A DNA stretch of 64,000 nt. Origin: Chrysomallon squamiferum (lineage: Eukaryota; Animalia; Mollusca). A model generated the notes under the pieces. The model saw only the letters and a list, made by a program, of their open reading frames with translations. It had not been told where the DNA came from and searched no databases. Of the stretch, positions 1-12,854 are shown in pieces. Numbering within the stretch: the stretch's first letter is position 1; each line of letters begins with the position of its first letter. The stretch spans positions 8,866,001 to 8,930,000 of the forward strand of contig CM022672.1 of NCBI GenBank assembly GCA_012295275.1, in the 5' to 3' direction. Made by a program: the position numbers and the translations under genes.

Positions 1-330
1 TGTTATATTATAAAATAAATAACACGTCAACAAATTTCAATATTAACTGCAACGAATAAAAAATATGTCTTTTTGCCACGTGATAAAATAATAAGTAACA
101 GTTACAAAAATATATATTTCAATCTAACTAATTTCATATATACTTTAATAATATTAATTATACCTAGTCACAGTCTATAATTTATATTTCCTTTAAATAT
201 TTTAAAATGTCTGCTAGATTTATCTGAAAATAATAAATATCAAAATAAATAAATAAATAAATAAAGATGAAATGAAATAATATAAATAAACAACAACAAC
301 AAACGAACAAAGTAAATTAATTTAATTTAA

Positions 331-374
<44 letters not shown>

Positions 375-378
375 ATAC

Positions 379-857
379 CTCTATAAACATGAACGTTGTC
401 ATCAGTTACTGTTACCATTTGTAGTTCTTGAATCTTCGTACATCGACCTTTTGGAAAAAGACAGATAATATCTATCCAATCAAGGCCGCGGACAGCTTCC
501 ACCGCGGCACTTCCTGTGTCCCCGGATGTGGCTTTAAAAAATGTAAAATAATTAATAGATTCTAAATGTTAACAACATAATTAATATGGTCTTTCTATAT
601 ATATTTATTGCGGATTCATAATATGTAAATTTCGTTTGAATCTGGTGAATAAATTTCATGTATGTGTATCTTTACGTATGTCTCTGCATGTATGAGTATG
701 TGTGCATGTATGTATGTATGCATTATGTATGCACATACGTATATGTGTTGTGTGGGTGCATGTGTGTGCGTGTTTGTATACATATAGACATATATGGGTT
801 CTACTTTGGCGTGTTATCTAGGCATCATAATCGAATGTACAACTTAAAATGCGATCT

Positions 858-899
<42 letters not shown>

Positions 900-1874
900 T
901 ATATATATCAAGGAAATTTCTATAAGATAAGAGAAAGATCTTAAAATCCTTTAAGATTAATTCATGATACATATAAAAAAAAAAAAACATCACATGCAAG
1001 CAAACTTCATTTCTGAATAGACATACGATTTGGAAGTTCATTTGTATATCACTCTTTGATTCAATGAGAAGTTGCAGATTATTCGGTTATTCATTCCGAC
1101 GAATAGCCAGCATACTCCAATTTAAATCGTCTAAATTTCCAATACTCAGGCAATTTAAAGATCTGGTTAGATTTGAAATTACATAATTTGAAATGATGAA
1201 AGGAATAAACCAAAGAACCTTCCAATCACAACTTGATTATTTCTGTTGGCTACAGATGAGGAAGAATGCATAAGATCTTTTTCCTGAGTTTCTAGCAGAT
1301 GTTTGCTTAATTCATCGATAAAATTATTGAAATTTGTATACTTTTTAGCCCTTGTTACTATAAATTATAAATATATAATAAAATAAAAAAACAATTCATT
1401 TATGCAGTGAAAAATAACAATAAAAAACCCAAGAATAAACAAAATAATAATTAAAATTAGCGCGTAGGTCACACACCAAAGTAGCATATGTATGTACGGA
1501 CCTATGTTACGTTCCTATGTAAGAATGTATCTAAGTATGACTCTCACCTACTAAAATTGTTATGTGCTTCTTTCTCTTTTGTAAAAAGTACGACAAAAAG
1601 GTTCCCACGAAGGACAAAGGAAGATCCTTGAAAGCCCAAGTGACGCCGTGGAAGAGTTCAAGAATGTTGAGACCTTTGGTAAGTTTAGCAATCGGAGCAA
1701 CGTCTGGATGTTTGATTTTTGTTACAGACACATCAATTAGATCTGCAAGACGAAATATATTCTAAAAATAAGTATCATCTTTTCAGTTGTAATATTGTGA
1801 TAAAGTGTTTTGGATAGGCGTAAAGTCGATATTTACGAATTATGATACGGTAATGAAATGAAAAAAAAGAAGAT

Positions 1875-1929
<55 letters not shown>

Positions 1930-3165
1930 TAAATAAATAAATAAATAAATAAAAAAAATAAGAAGAACAAGAAAGATGCATGAATATGTGGGAAAGAAAG
2001 AGATATAGAGACAGATACAGAGAAAGAGTGAAATATGAACAGTGGAGAGACTGAAAACAGAGACAGAATTAAGCAAAGAAAGAAAGAAAAAAGAAAAAGA
2101 AGAAACAAAGATGTTTTTTTTTTTTTTTTTTACAAGTATTTCAGCTGATCCAGGATTTCAGAAAATGGGGACAAACAAATAATAAAATAAATAAATAAAT
2201 TAAAAATTTAAATAAAATAAAATAAAATAAGATAAAAAAAAAAAAAAAAGAAGAAGAAGAAAAGATTACAAAAACGCTGATTGTCACGGACATAATTTGA
2301 AACATTTTAAAACAATTCGCTTATTACTGCTGACCCTCAATTTCATGGACTAATAGAGGGAAGCACCGGAACGGAAAATACAGACGCCTGGGAAATCGTA
2401 AATGTTAATATTAACTTGCAAATTTTCTGTAACGTTATATCTTAGTACATATAGCAGCCACATATTAAATAAGATAATAATGTAACAACAATATATATAA
2501 AAAAAATAATAATAATTTACAGAAAAAATAGATAATGTCATAAAGTGTATGTGAAAAAAAAAAAAAAAAAAAAAATGGAAAAAAAATGGAGGCTAGGTTG
2601 GGTGACATTTATTAGATTAGGTTGGTTATGGGTAAAATGTTCTCTTCCCTTCTTGGAAACTGGGTTTAGTGAGGATTGCCGTGGTGTAACAACAGCACAT
2701 AAAGACATGGTTTCAACTGTAATTTTTCAAGATTTCGTCCGGTTTTCGAAATCCGGATAATCGAAATCTGTGAAATCAATTGTGCAGTATAATAATTACC
2801 CCCCACCCCCACACACAAAATAAACAAAACAACATTAAAATAAATGTGTTAATAGTGCGATAGTGTTGAAATCACTAAATCTAAATCATAAAAGAACTAG
2901 ATTTAACATTATTAAATTGATGAATAAACCAAATTATACAACCAAAAAGATCTTTCTCTGGTATTTCGTCTTCAGCAACAAACATTGGTACAATCTGCTT
3001 CGCTAAATCAGAGTAAGACAAACCGCGCCAGGATTTTAGTGTGTCTAGTGAGATCGCTGGCACTGATTCTGGCATCAAGATTCCTCCATCTTCGACAAAA
3101 CCAGAACACAAAGCCTCCTCGAATGACAGACCAGAAACCGCTCCTCTTGTGCTCAAGTACTTCAT
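379..3165 (-). CDS. THNSL2: Threonine synthase-like 2, first three coding exons; gene continues beyond window start
   Basis: Exons 3165-2943 (MKYLSTRG...SGFVEDGGILMPE...), 1742-1548 (DLIDVS...LELFHGVTWAFKDL, PLP-lysine motif) and 531-379 (ATSGDTGSAAVEAVRGL...IQELQM). All junctions are GT-AG and phase 1. Probable non-coding upstream exon ending at 3492 (GAG|GTAAGT on minus). Confidence 0.93.
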
Positions 3166-3236
3166 TTCCTAAATCTGAATTTAAATAAATATTAAGATGT
3201 CACAATTAATTAGTTGGCTTGTTTTAGGTGTGTTCA

Positions 3237-3240
<4 letters not shown>

Positions 3241-3307
<67 letters not shown>

Positions 3308-3316
3308 ACACACACA

Positions 3317-3351
<35 letters not shown>
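3241..3351. repeat. Compound (CT)n-(CA)n microsatellite
   Basis: Direct reading of the sequence. Confidence 0.95.
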
Positions 3352-3355
<4 letters not shown>

Positions 3356-3716
3356 TTACATTTGAATATTCATGTTTCCATTTAACACATACGATAGTAA
3401 CTACCGATGTAGGCTATCATAACGAAGGGAATCGGCAATCTTCGTAATTCACGAAATCTTGTGTCAGTTTTACGTAATGCGATGGACTTACCTCTTTTCC
3501 GCTATTTCATAGATTATTAATTTTCCTTTTCTTTCAGTAAGTTTATCTAACAATGTCTGCTCTTATTCAGAATTCTTCTTGCCAGAATCTTTGTAAAGAA
3601 GACTGGTTCTAGGAAGCGAAATTACTCAGAACTTGCCTCTGCAGCGGTTATTTGATTATCAGTTATTGATTATTAACAAGTAGGTCAGCTTTCTTATTAG
3701 GTCCAGTATGTTTTAC

Positions 3717-3761
<45 letters not shown>

Positions 3762-4591
3762 AACAGACACGCACGCACGCACACACACACACAAACACAC
3801 ACGCACACTAAATAAATAAATAAATAAAATTACCGTTTGGCGTACCAGAAAATCTCCCTCGTGTTCAATCAACAGCCCACTGAAAGGTTACAGTGACAGT
3901 TTTACGTCGAGTGCAGATGGCAGCTGTAGTTGAAATTAAACGCTTTAGTCATGTAATAAGCTAGATGTCAAACAACAGTGGGACTGTATCTCGTCGTCGG
4001 TTATATAACTAAGTATCTGGGGGCTTCTAGCTGATTACTGTCTTTACTCTGTACAAGTTACATGTTTATATGTAACTATTCCCACATTACAATAAATCTG
4101 TCGAGGAATCTGACAAATGTCGCTAACTCTTCAACTAAATACTAATTTTGTCCTGATTTTCTGTCTAGACGTCTGTTTAAAAGTTTAGGTAGATTTTCCA
4201 GATCAGCACATGATTCTAGATAAATCTAAACGTTAGGAATATAATCAAATGTTCTCGACCATAGTTAGAATAAAAATATGAAATATAAAATAATACATAA
4301 AATAGTGAAATTGTTGTAGGATGTTTTTTTTTGTTGTTGGTGGTGTTATTTAATTACTCTCTGAAAGTTTTAAAAATGGATTTAATCAAATAAGAACGGG
4401 AATTGGAACTGCACCGACATTCAGAAACAAAGTGCATAAATTTATGAAAAGGTCAGACTGTAAGCATACCCACTGACCCTAGATGAAAGGTTACAGAAAT
4501 GTCAGGTAATTAGGAAACAAATTATGAAACTTCATTTCCAATCCTTTGTTAATCTGGGCATATGTTGTTTTCAAATTTTACACTGAAATGT

Positions 4592-4596
<5 letters not shown>

Positions 4597-4673
<77 letters not shown>
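4597..4673. repeat. (AG)n microsatellite
   Basis: Direct reading of the sequence. Confidence 0.95.
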
Positions 4674-4675
<2 letters not shown>

Positions 4676-5058
4676 ATGAAATCATAAGTAATGCCTACAA
4701 CTGTAATATATACATGTTATATATAGGTATGTATACATATACATGTTATATATACATACATACAAGACAACAAATTTCAACACAAATAATAATGTTAAAT
4801 TTAGTTTATTTTTAGCTGAATGATATCTTGAGCCATTTAAAACAGTAAAAGTTATATTTTATGTATTTTTAAAATGAAAATTACATCATTCACTTATTTC
4901 CATACAATATGTGAGCCAGTCAACAACAATATATTTAATAAATTTTAGTAATCAATTATTCATGTCTTAAAAAATAATATAAAAAAATTAATAATAAGTT
5001 TCGAAAATACAAAATTCCTAAATATACAGATTTTAGATTTTATACTTGTAAAATCTTT

Positions 5059-5475
5059 TTACCACAGTGGTAATATGTTTGGTTTGATAGATGTACTTAC
5101 TGATAGAAAGCAGATCATTGGTGTTAAAATGAATACAGTCAACTTCAAATGAGCTTTTTTTGTGTGGTGTTACTCCAGGCTCCATCCTTGATAAATGTAT
5201 TAAATCATTGTTTATGTATCACTAACTACAAATATATAGTTAGTGATATATATAAACAATGATGTATGTATTAAATCATTGTTTATATATATCACTAACT
5301 ACACATATATAGTTCGTGATATATATAAACAATGATGGAGCCTTGAGGAACACTATAAAAACAAAAACCATTTTAAGTTGACCTGTAATCATTTAACACC
5401 AGTGATCTGCTTTGTAACAGTTAAAAAAGTATTTCTGGTACCTCTGTCAAACCAAACATATCACCACTGTGGTAA
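5059..5475. mobile_element. Fold-back / MITE-like element with long imperfect terminal inverted repeats and internal tandem hairpins
   Basis: Left TTACCACAGTGGTAATATGTTTGGTTTGA...AAAGCAGATCATTGGTGTTAAA...GTCAACTT mirrors right AAGTTGAC...TTTAACACCAGTGATCTGCTTT...TCAAACCAAACATATCACCACTGTGGTAA. No ORF; TSD not clear. Confidence 0.7.
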
Positions 5476-6421
5476 TTCTCCAATTTGACTGGTACAAGAT
5501 TCATTTATCAACAAGTGATGAGACAGTACTTGTAAAAAAAAAATTAAAACCTTCCTTCAGCTTACCATAACACAATTTACTTTGAGAAAACTTTTTTTTT
5601 TCTTCATTTGTTTTTAATCTTCTAAAATTGTCTTTTATATGATAAAGAGGATTACATTATTGATATCTGTATAGAATTATTACATCATTTTATAAAGATG
5701 AAACAACTTTACATTTTAAATTATGTACAGTCATTAACAGTTTGAATAAAATTGATATGATTCTGTTACTTGATCTTTAATTTTTAATGAGAATAAAATG
5801 TTTTGATGGTTAATTTATATTTTATTCTTTTAAATTCTATGTATAATCTTAATCTTGATATGTTGAATATAAAATATAAAAAAACAACAAAATCAAACAA
5901 CAACAAAACAAACAACAACAGCAACAACAACATTTAAGCCTATAATAGAAGCTAATAAATTTAAAGAAAATAAGTTAGGTTTATAAAAATAATCAGTAGA
6001 AAGATAAACAAAAAAACCTGATTTAACAGAATAGGACAAATGAACTTTCACATGATCTTTTTATATTTGCACTAGTAACTAAAATACTTTTGTTACAATA
6101 TAACATATTTTGGTTGATTTTATAGCTAATTTATATTTGACAGTAACATGATTAACAGAAATACATACGATTACCAGAAATACATACAATTACCACAATA
6201 GCAATATCAAAATATAGTAACAAGAATACATAAAAAATAAGAGCTCCCAGTTAATGGTGGAACATACAAACCGAAGATACAAATTACAAATGAACTGGTT
6301 CCCGTCGTTCACATAGAATAAACCTATGAGCGGAAAATGTGAATGTTGTTACGACATATCACATAATAAGTAGATGTAAACGAATGCTTACGAGTTGAAG
6401 ATCAGTAAAATGTAAACAGAC

Positions 6422-9400
6422 ATGGTTTACTTACATTTTAGTAACACACTGACTGAAGAAGAAGAACAGCTGAAATTAAAATATGCTAAATTAAAAAAGA
6501 AGGTATTGTTATGTCTTTATTGTTTACAATGACTGTCACATAAACTGCATGTCTAGTATCTCGGCATTAATTCAATAATTGATATTAATCAAAAAATCAT
6601 AGCCAGATTTATCATTTATTCATTTTGGTTATATTATCATTATGGTATATAAAAGTTATAATTTAATATATTACCATTACATAATTTTGTTATTTCTCAT
6701 ATAGGATATGTTAACAACATATTTTTCAAAGTTGGTTTTCATGTCAACAAATACATATTTATCGTCTTCATTCTGTAACATCTCAAATATTTGCACTATA
6801 AATTACAGTCCATAAATTGAAAAAAATAATAATAAAAATAAAAATAAAATAAATAATAATAAACCTACAACGTTTATGAAAGTAAACAAAACCTAAGTTT
6901 GAAAAATAATTTTCCAAAAAGAAAGTAAGAATATTCAGATACATATCAATCATTTTAATGATTTAATTATTTCTGATCTTGTATTATAAACCTCAATTTT
7001 AAATACTAATAAAATGATGATGATTGCTATAATAATAAAATATTGCAGGAATAATGATAAAAGATTTATTGAAAGATATATCCATGCTAAAAAAAGAAAA
7101 GAATAATTGAAAAAAATATGTATAGGAATGAATCAGTTTACAGTTGTATTTTATTTAAAACATATGATAATAGAAATAGTGCAGCAGCTGAATATACTAA
7201 GTGATAATGATCATAAATGGTTAATTTTATATGTTGCAACATTTCTTTCTCATCTTACAAAATATGAAAAGTAGTTTATTGTTTAAAACCTGTTTCTTAC
7301 TTTTCAGAAAAAAGCTTTGCAGGCCTTGAAAAATGTGAAACCTGAGACAAAGACACAGACAGAGTCCAGAGCCCAGGCAGTCAAAAGACGTAACAACTAT
7401 TTTTCAAGATTGTTAAAAGATTTTATTATTATTATTATTTTTATTATTATTATTATTATTTGTACTTTATATATTTTATATATTTTTTAAATAGCCCTTT
7501 CATTTATTTTAAAAACACATTTTTTTTTTGTGTTCACCTAGGTTTGTAAATTAATTAATTTCAGACACATTCACTCAGACCTTGAAAGACATTTGAAATA
7601 ATAGAAATGCATTTTTAACTTTGTTCAGCATGCAAATTATTAATATTTGTAAACTGTATGCAAATATAATGGTTATATATATAATAAAACTTCTTTCTTA
7701 CAGCTATAGAATCTGCAGGTGATGCTGTAAAACAAGCTAAGAAGTTAGTGCAGTCTGGGGTAAGCAGTTTTAATCTTTTTACCATTGTTTTTTCATTGTT
7801 GTGGGATAAATGCAGTTTCCACAGTTGATAGCATCCAGTTATTGCAAGGAAAGGCTTAAAAGTTAAAAGCTGAAGTCTTTCCTAAACAATTTAAATTAGA
7901 CAGAAATACAAAAATTTATTCAGTCCCATGATTTCTACTGGACAGTAATTAATTTTCTTATATGTGTTATCATATGATAACCATGGAATATTATTAGTAA
8001 TACTGTTTCATTACTTGATAAAGACTAATATAATAAATGAAATATTATTATTATTGTGGTTTTTTTAATGACTGTTTTTTATTACTTTAGTAAAATTATC
8101 TGAAAAGAGTGATGCTTATTTGCAGGCAATTCAAATTGGAGCTGATAAACGAGAAAAAACTGGATTCAAGAGATCCAAATATTTTGAAAAGAAGTTGAAG
8201 GTATGAAATATATTTAAATGAATAATGTATTTGATTGTTATTGAAATGTTGTTTTAGAATACTCTTCTAATAGTCAAATGTTTTTATTTTCTAAAAATAG
8301 TTTAAATTATCTTTTGTTATCTTTTCTAAATATTTAGGAATAAATCATTTTATTATTAGTTAACACTTCAGTGGGTAAAACAAAATAAACAGTATGTCAA
8401 AATAATGTTTGCTGATGCTATTTTGATATTATTTGTAAAAAACAAGATTTGTAAAAAATAAATTTTGTAAGCATAGAAACTGATGTTATTTTCTGCCTAT
8501 CTAAGTTTAAGATATAATTCTGAAAGTAATAGAACTTTTTATTTTTCAAATTACATACTGAAAAATACAATTATTTTCTTAATATTTCTGTTTACAAATA
8601 TCTAGATCTAGATTATTATTTGATAAAATCTGCACATATATAACTATATTTTACACCACACACACACACACATGTAGATAGATATAACCTATTTAAAATA
8701 TACTGTTATTTTTTTAATAACTGATGATAGATTGTGAAAGCATGGTATTATTATTTATTATTTTGATTATGTGATATGCTTTTGTGCTGAGTTATCATTA
8801 TCCATCATTAATTAATTATTTTGTTCATTCATTTATTTATTCATTCGTTTATTCATTCATTCAGTTATCCATTTATATGAACAGGATCCAGAAAAACCTC
8901 CAGTTGGTTTTCAGCCTTTTTCTGCCTCACATCCAGAAGATGAAGATAAAACTGAAAGTGTAAGTTAAAGTAAATAAAAACAAAAATTCATAATTATATG
9001 TATACTCAGATAACTGTCATCATTTACAACCTTTAGTCAAATGCACTCAGTCTATAAATAATAATTAGCATGATATGCCAGTTAAAAATTTATTTCCCTT
9101 ATTTAAAATGTGTGTATAGCATTTCTGACATGATATTAAGTGAAATTAAAATTTACTTAAAAAACTTTTTTTTTATCTAGATACAAAAGTATATGTTCAA
9201 AATGTATCATATATCTCTAAGATAACAAATTTACTGTATTCAAAGAATGGTAAATATATTTCAGTTAAGGTAAAACCTTTTTTCTAAGATTTATGTATAT
9301 TATTTCAGGGCACTAGAACAAAAGTAAAGGAATTGTATAATAGATTTGTAAGTTCTGGAATTGGTAAGAAATATTTTATTGTTTTAACTTTTTTTTTAAA

Positions 9401-11349
9401 TTTAGTTTTTTATTTTCAAATTAAAGATTATTATTATTACAATTTTTATTTTTTTTTTTTTTTTATTTATTTATTTAAAAAAAAAAAAAAATTGTTCCTT
9501 CTTCTTAACTCAGTCTGATAGGCATTTTCTATTTGTCTTCAAATCTAAAAGATACATTTTGAAAATAAAGTAAAACTGATGTTAATTTATTTGAGCTCTT
9601 ACTATTTTAATATTAACTTCAGTACTTTTAATAATTCTCAGAAATTCATAAAATCTTAATATTTTAATATTAAATTCAATACTTTTAAGAATGGTTTCAA
9701 AAGATTCACATTAACTCCAGTTTTTGTTTTTTTAATCTTAATATACTAATTATAATTCCAATAATCTCATAATATTAATATTTTAATATTAACATTTCTA
9801 CTTTCCAGTTAATATATTTATTTTAATTCAAATATTCTTATAGCTGTAATATTTTAATACTAATATCAGTACTTATAACATCAGTTTTTAAAAAATTTAA
9901 TTTTTTAACTCCTGCCCTTTATAAATCCTTATTATCAATAAGCTATGTGTTCTGTTCTCCACAAGGACATGACCGGGACCATGAGGACCGCAGAGACCAC
10001 CCAGATAGAAGGGAGGCGCCTAAGAAAGGGAACACAATCTTTGTGAGAGGCCATCGCCTTACTGAGGAAATTCTTAGAAAAGCTGCCTCCAACTTTGGTA
10101 TCATCCTCAATATTACTATGGAAAGAGACAAAGGGTAAATTGAATTAACTTTCATATATGTTTACTGAACACTGTTATGCTGAATGACAAAGGGTAAATT
10201 GAATCAGTTACCTGGTGTTTACTCAATATTACTATGGAGAGAGAGAGAGACGGACAAAGGGTAAATTGAATTAATTATTTCACGTTTACACATTATTACT
10301 ATGGAGAGAGAGAGATACCGAGGGTAAATTGAGTTAATTATTTCATGTTTACACATTATTAGAGAGAGAGATACCGAGGGTAAATTGAGTTAATTATCTC
10401 ATATGTTTACTGAATCCCTTCGTGGAGAATGACAGAGGTTAAACTGAATTAAGTATCTCATGTTTACTCAAAATAGCTGTATGGAGCAACAAAGTGAATT
10501 AACTTCTTTTATGCATTTACACAATATTACATGAGAGAGACAAAGTACACCCAAATTAACTGAGTTTTAAAAGAAAGAATTATTGAATATTACTTAGAGA
10601 CAAATTGAATTAAATACCATTTATATTTATTGAATAGAAAGATTAATGAAGGATTCAAAGGGTAAATTGAGTTAATTATCTTATACATTTTCTTACCATT
10701 ACAAATTTCCATGACCGCAGACAGTGTGTTTATTTGTTTTTTCCTCATTAATTACATTCTGATTTGTTCCTAATATTTTTGATTTCACAGATGTGGTTTT
10801 GTATCTTTTGAGAAGATGGAGTCGGCTGAACAGGCAATTACAGAGGTACAATGTGTATTTTAATGAATTTGTATCTGTATGATTAGAATGTAACATTTTT
10901 AGATGTATTTGTTATTTATTTATTTAATTATTTATTTATATATTTAATGGTTTTATTTGTTTATTTATTTATTTGTTGGTATTTCTCAGATGAATGGGAG
11001 CATGATAGACAATATTCAACTAGAGGTCTCAATGGCTAGACGACAACCTACTATAGAGTTGGTCCAGGATCCATCTTCAGCAGGCTGGTCATCCATAGGT
11101 CTGTACTTTAATACGTTAATACAGCTTTTAGTGCCTAGCTGAATTAAGCAATATCTAAATCACATAATACAAGTAAAGTATATAAAAGTAACTTTAATAT
11201 TTAATATGTTTATTTAAATTGTTGTTTAATCCTAAATCTTTTTTTTTTTTTAATTGTATCGTAGATATTATTATGATTGTTATTATTTCATTATTATTAT
11301 AATTATGATTATGATGATGATGACAATAAATGTTATTGTTCTTATTGTT

Positions 11350-11380
<31 letters not shown>

Positions 11381-11491
11381 TTATTATTATTATTATTATT
11401 ATTATTTTCAGCTGCTAATAATTCCCAGAAGGGTTCAGGACATAAAGAAAAAAGAGACATTATAACATATGATGAGAGTGAATTTTTCTGA
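6422..11491 (+). CDS. NELFE: Negative elongation factor E (RRM protein), complete, 10 coding exons, 278 aa
   Basis: Exons 6422-6502 (MVYLHFSNTLTEEEEQLKLKYAKLKKK), 7308-7389, 7704-7759, 8126-8200 (GFKRSK), 8885-8959 (FQPF), 9309-9363, 9966-10134 (PKKGNTIFV, RNP2), 10791-10845 (CGFVSF, RNP1), 10990-11098 (LEVSMARRQP...WSSIA) and 11412-11491 (SQKGSGHKEKRDIITYD*). Phases are consistent and the total is 837 nt. Confidence 0.95.
10106..10690 (+). repeat. Degenerate ~55-65 bp tandem array built from the NELF-E exon 7 end plus its 5' splice site
   Basis: About 10 units carrying variants of (ctcaatattactatggaaagagac)AAAGG|GTAAATTGAATTAA; fills most of intron 7 (10135-10790). Confidence 0.85.
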
Positions 11492-12854
11492 GACATGCTC
11501 AAATTTTTCTGACACTTGGCTTTGAATAATACTCTAAGTTTACAACAGAATATACTGTGTACAGGATTCATAAATATTATGGGAGTCAATTACGTGTTTA
11601 TCAAAAACTGAGCTGATATATGTCAACTTCAAGATTAATTATAAAATTGTTTCTAAATATATTCTACATGTTTTCAAAGTATTATTTTTCTTTGTTTTTT
11701 GTCATTCATTCCAAGTTAATAACAAAATAAAAATTAGTGGTTTTTTTTTGCTCTCCAGTGTTAGTTAATAAAATGCTGTAATTTTTCTGTAGTTGTGACA
11801 TCATTGTATAATTTGCTGTGAAGTTCCTTCTGGTTATTGTCAGAAAAAATGAAAGATATCTGCCAAGTATACAGTCATGTCATAGTTTGAAGGTTTAAAT
11901 GGCTTGTATTCAAATGTTTTATAGTGAAGGTGGGTTGCTCAAACCAAATAAAATAATAATTTGGAAGTTTACAGAAGCTTACTAGATAATTCTGACTTGC
12001 TACACCTAAAGGAAAGGCATGTCACATGAACTGTTATTGAGTAATTGGAAGCCACTCTGGCTAAAGGAGACACATGAGGCAAAACTTAAATTTGAGGAAT
12101 GTCTATATTTGGTATCTACATGAATTATTCTGTTCAATGGTGTATGGAACTTAAGCAGAGATATAGTAGTTTCTAATATCAATTACTCAAAATCAGTTCA
12201 TTTGACTTGTGACTCATTTATCCATAACAGGTTACAGTTTACTTGCTCTGCCACAGGAACACGTTAACCACATGGATAAAGGGAGAGTACTCCTAATATG
12301 TTTTCAATTTGTCTTCCATCAATTTTTTTTTTTTTTTTTTTTTATTATAATAAAATCTGTTTCATATAAAAGTAGTGTTGTTATATTGGTTTTTTTTTAA
12401 AAATGATATTTTAAAATAAAAATATGCCATATCTGTATATGTCATTATTGAGGGAATAATTAATAAATAAGTAAAATAAAATAAAAAAAATATAAATAAA
12501 TAAATAAATAAATATAAATATTTAAGGAAATAAATCAATAACTATATCAATGCATTCATTATTATTATTATTATTTTTTATTTCCCATTTGTGTATTAAA
12601 ATATAAATTATTATTATAACATAAAAAAACAAAAACAAAACAAAAACAAAACATAAATGTAAAAATATTTTACCTTATGGCTAAAGATAATTATGCATTC
12701 CATTATAAACATAAAATCCTGAAATGCATGCTTTCTTTACATAGAGTAAGTTAATAACATGGTCAGGTGCTAACAACATTTAACTACAGCTACAGACCTA
12801 CACTACATACCACAGAGTTACAGTTTCTGGGTCATTTTGTAATATACTGTTTTG

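Noticed and set aside
658-2108. Low-complexity ORFs (poly-K/F/I/Y, SLSL, ERER) here and throughout the ORF track
   Set aside because: They are translations of microsatellites and homopolymers; only 1548-1742 is a real exon in this interval.
2140-2770. Possible Helitron/MITE fragment in a THNSL2 intron (GGTTAGG-like motifs, small hairpin near 2738-2757)
   Set aside because: No defined termini or TSD, and the motifs are too degenerate to call telomeric or Helitron.
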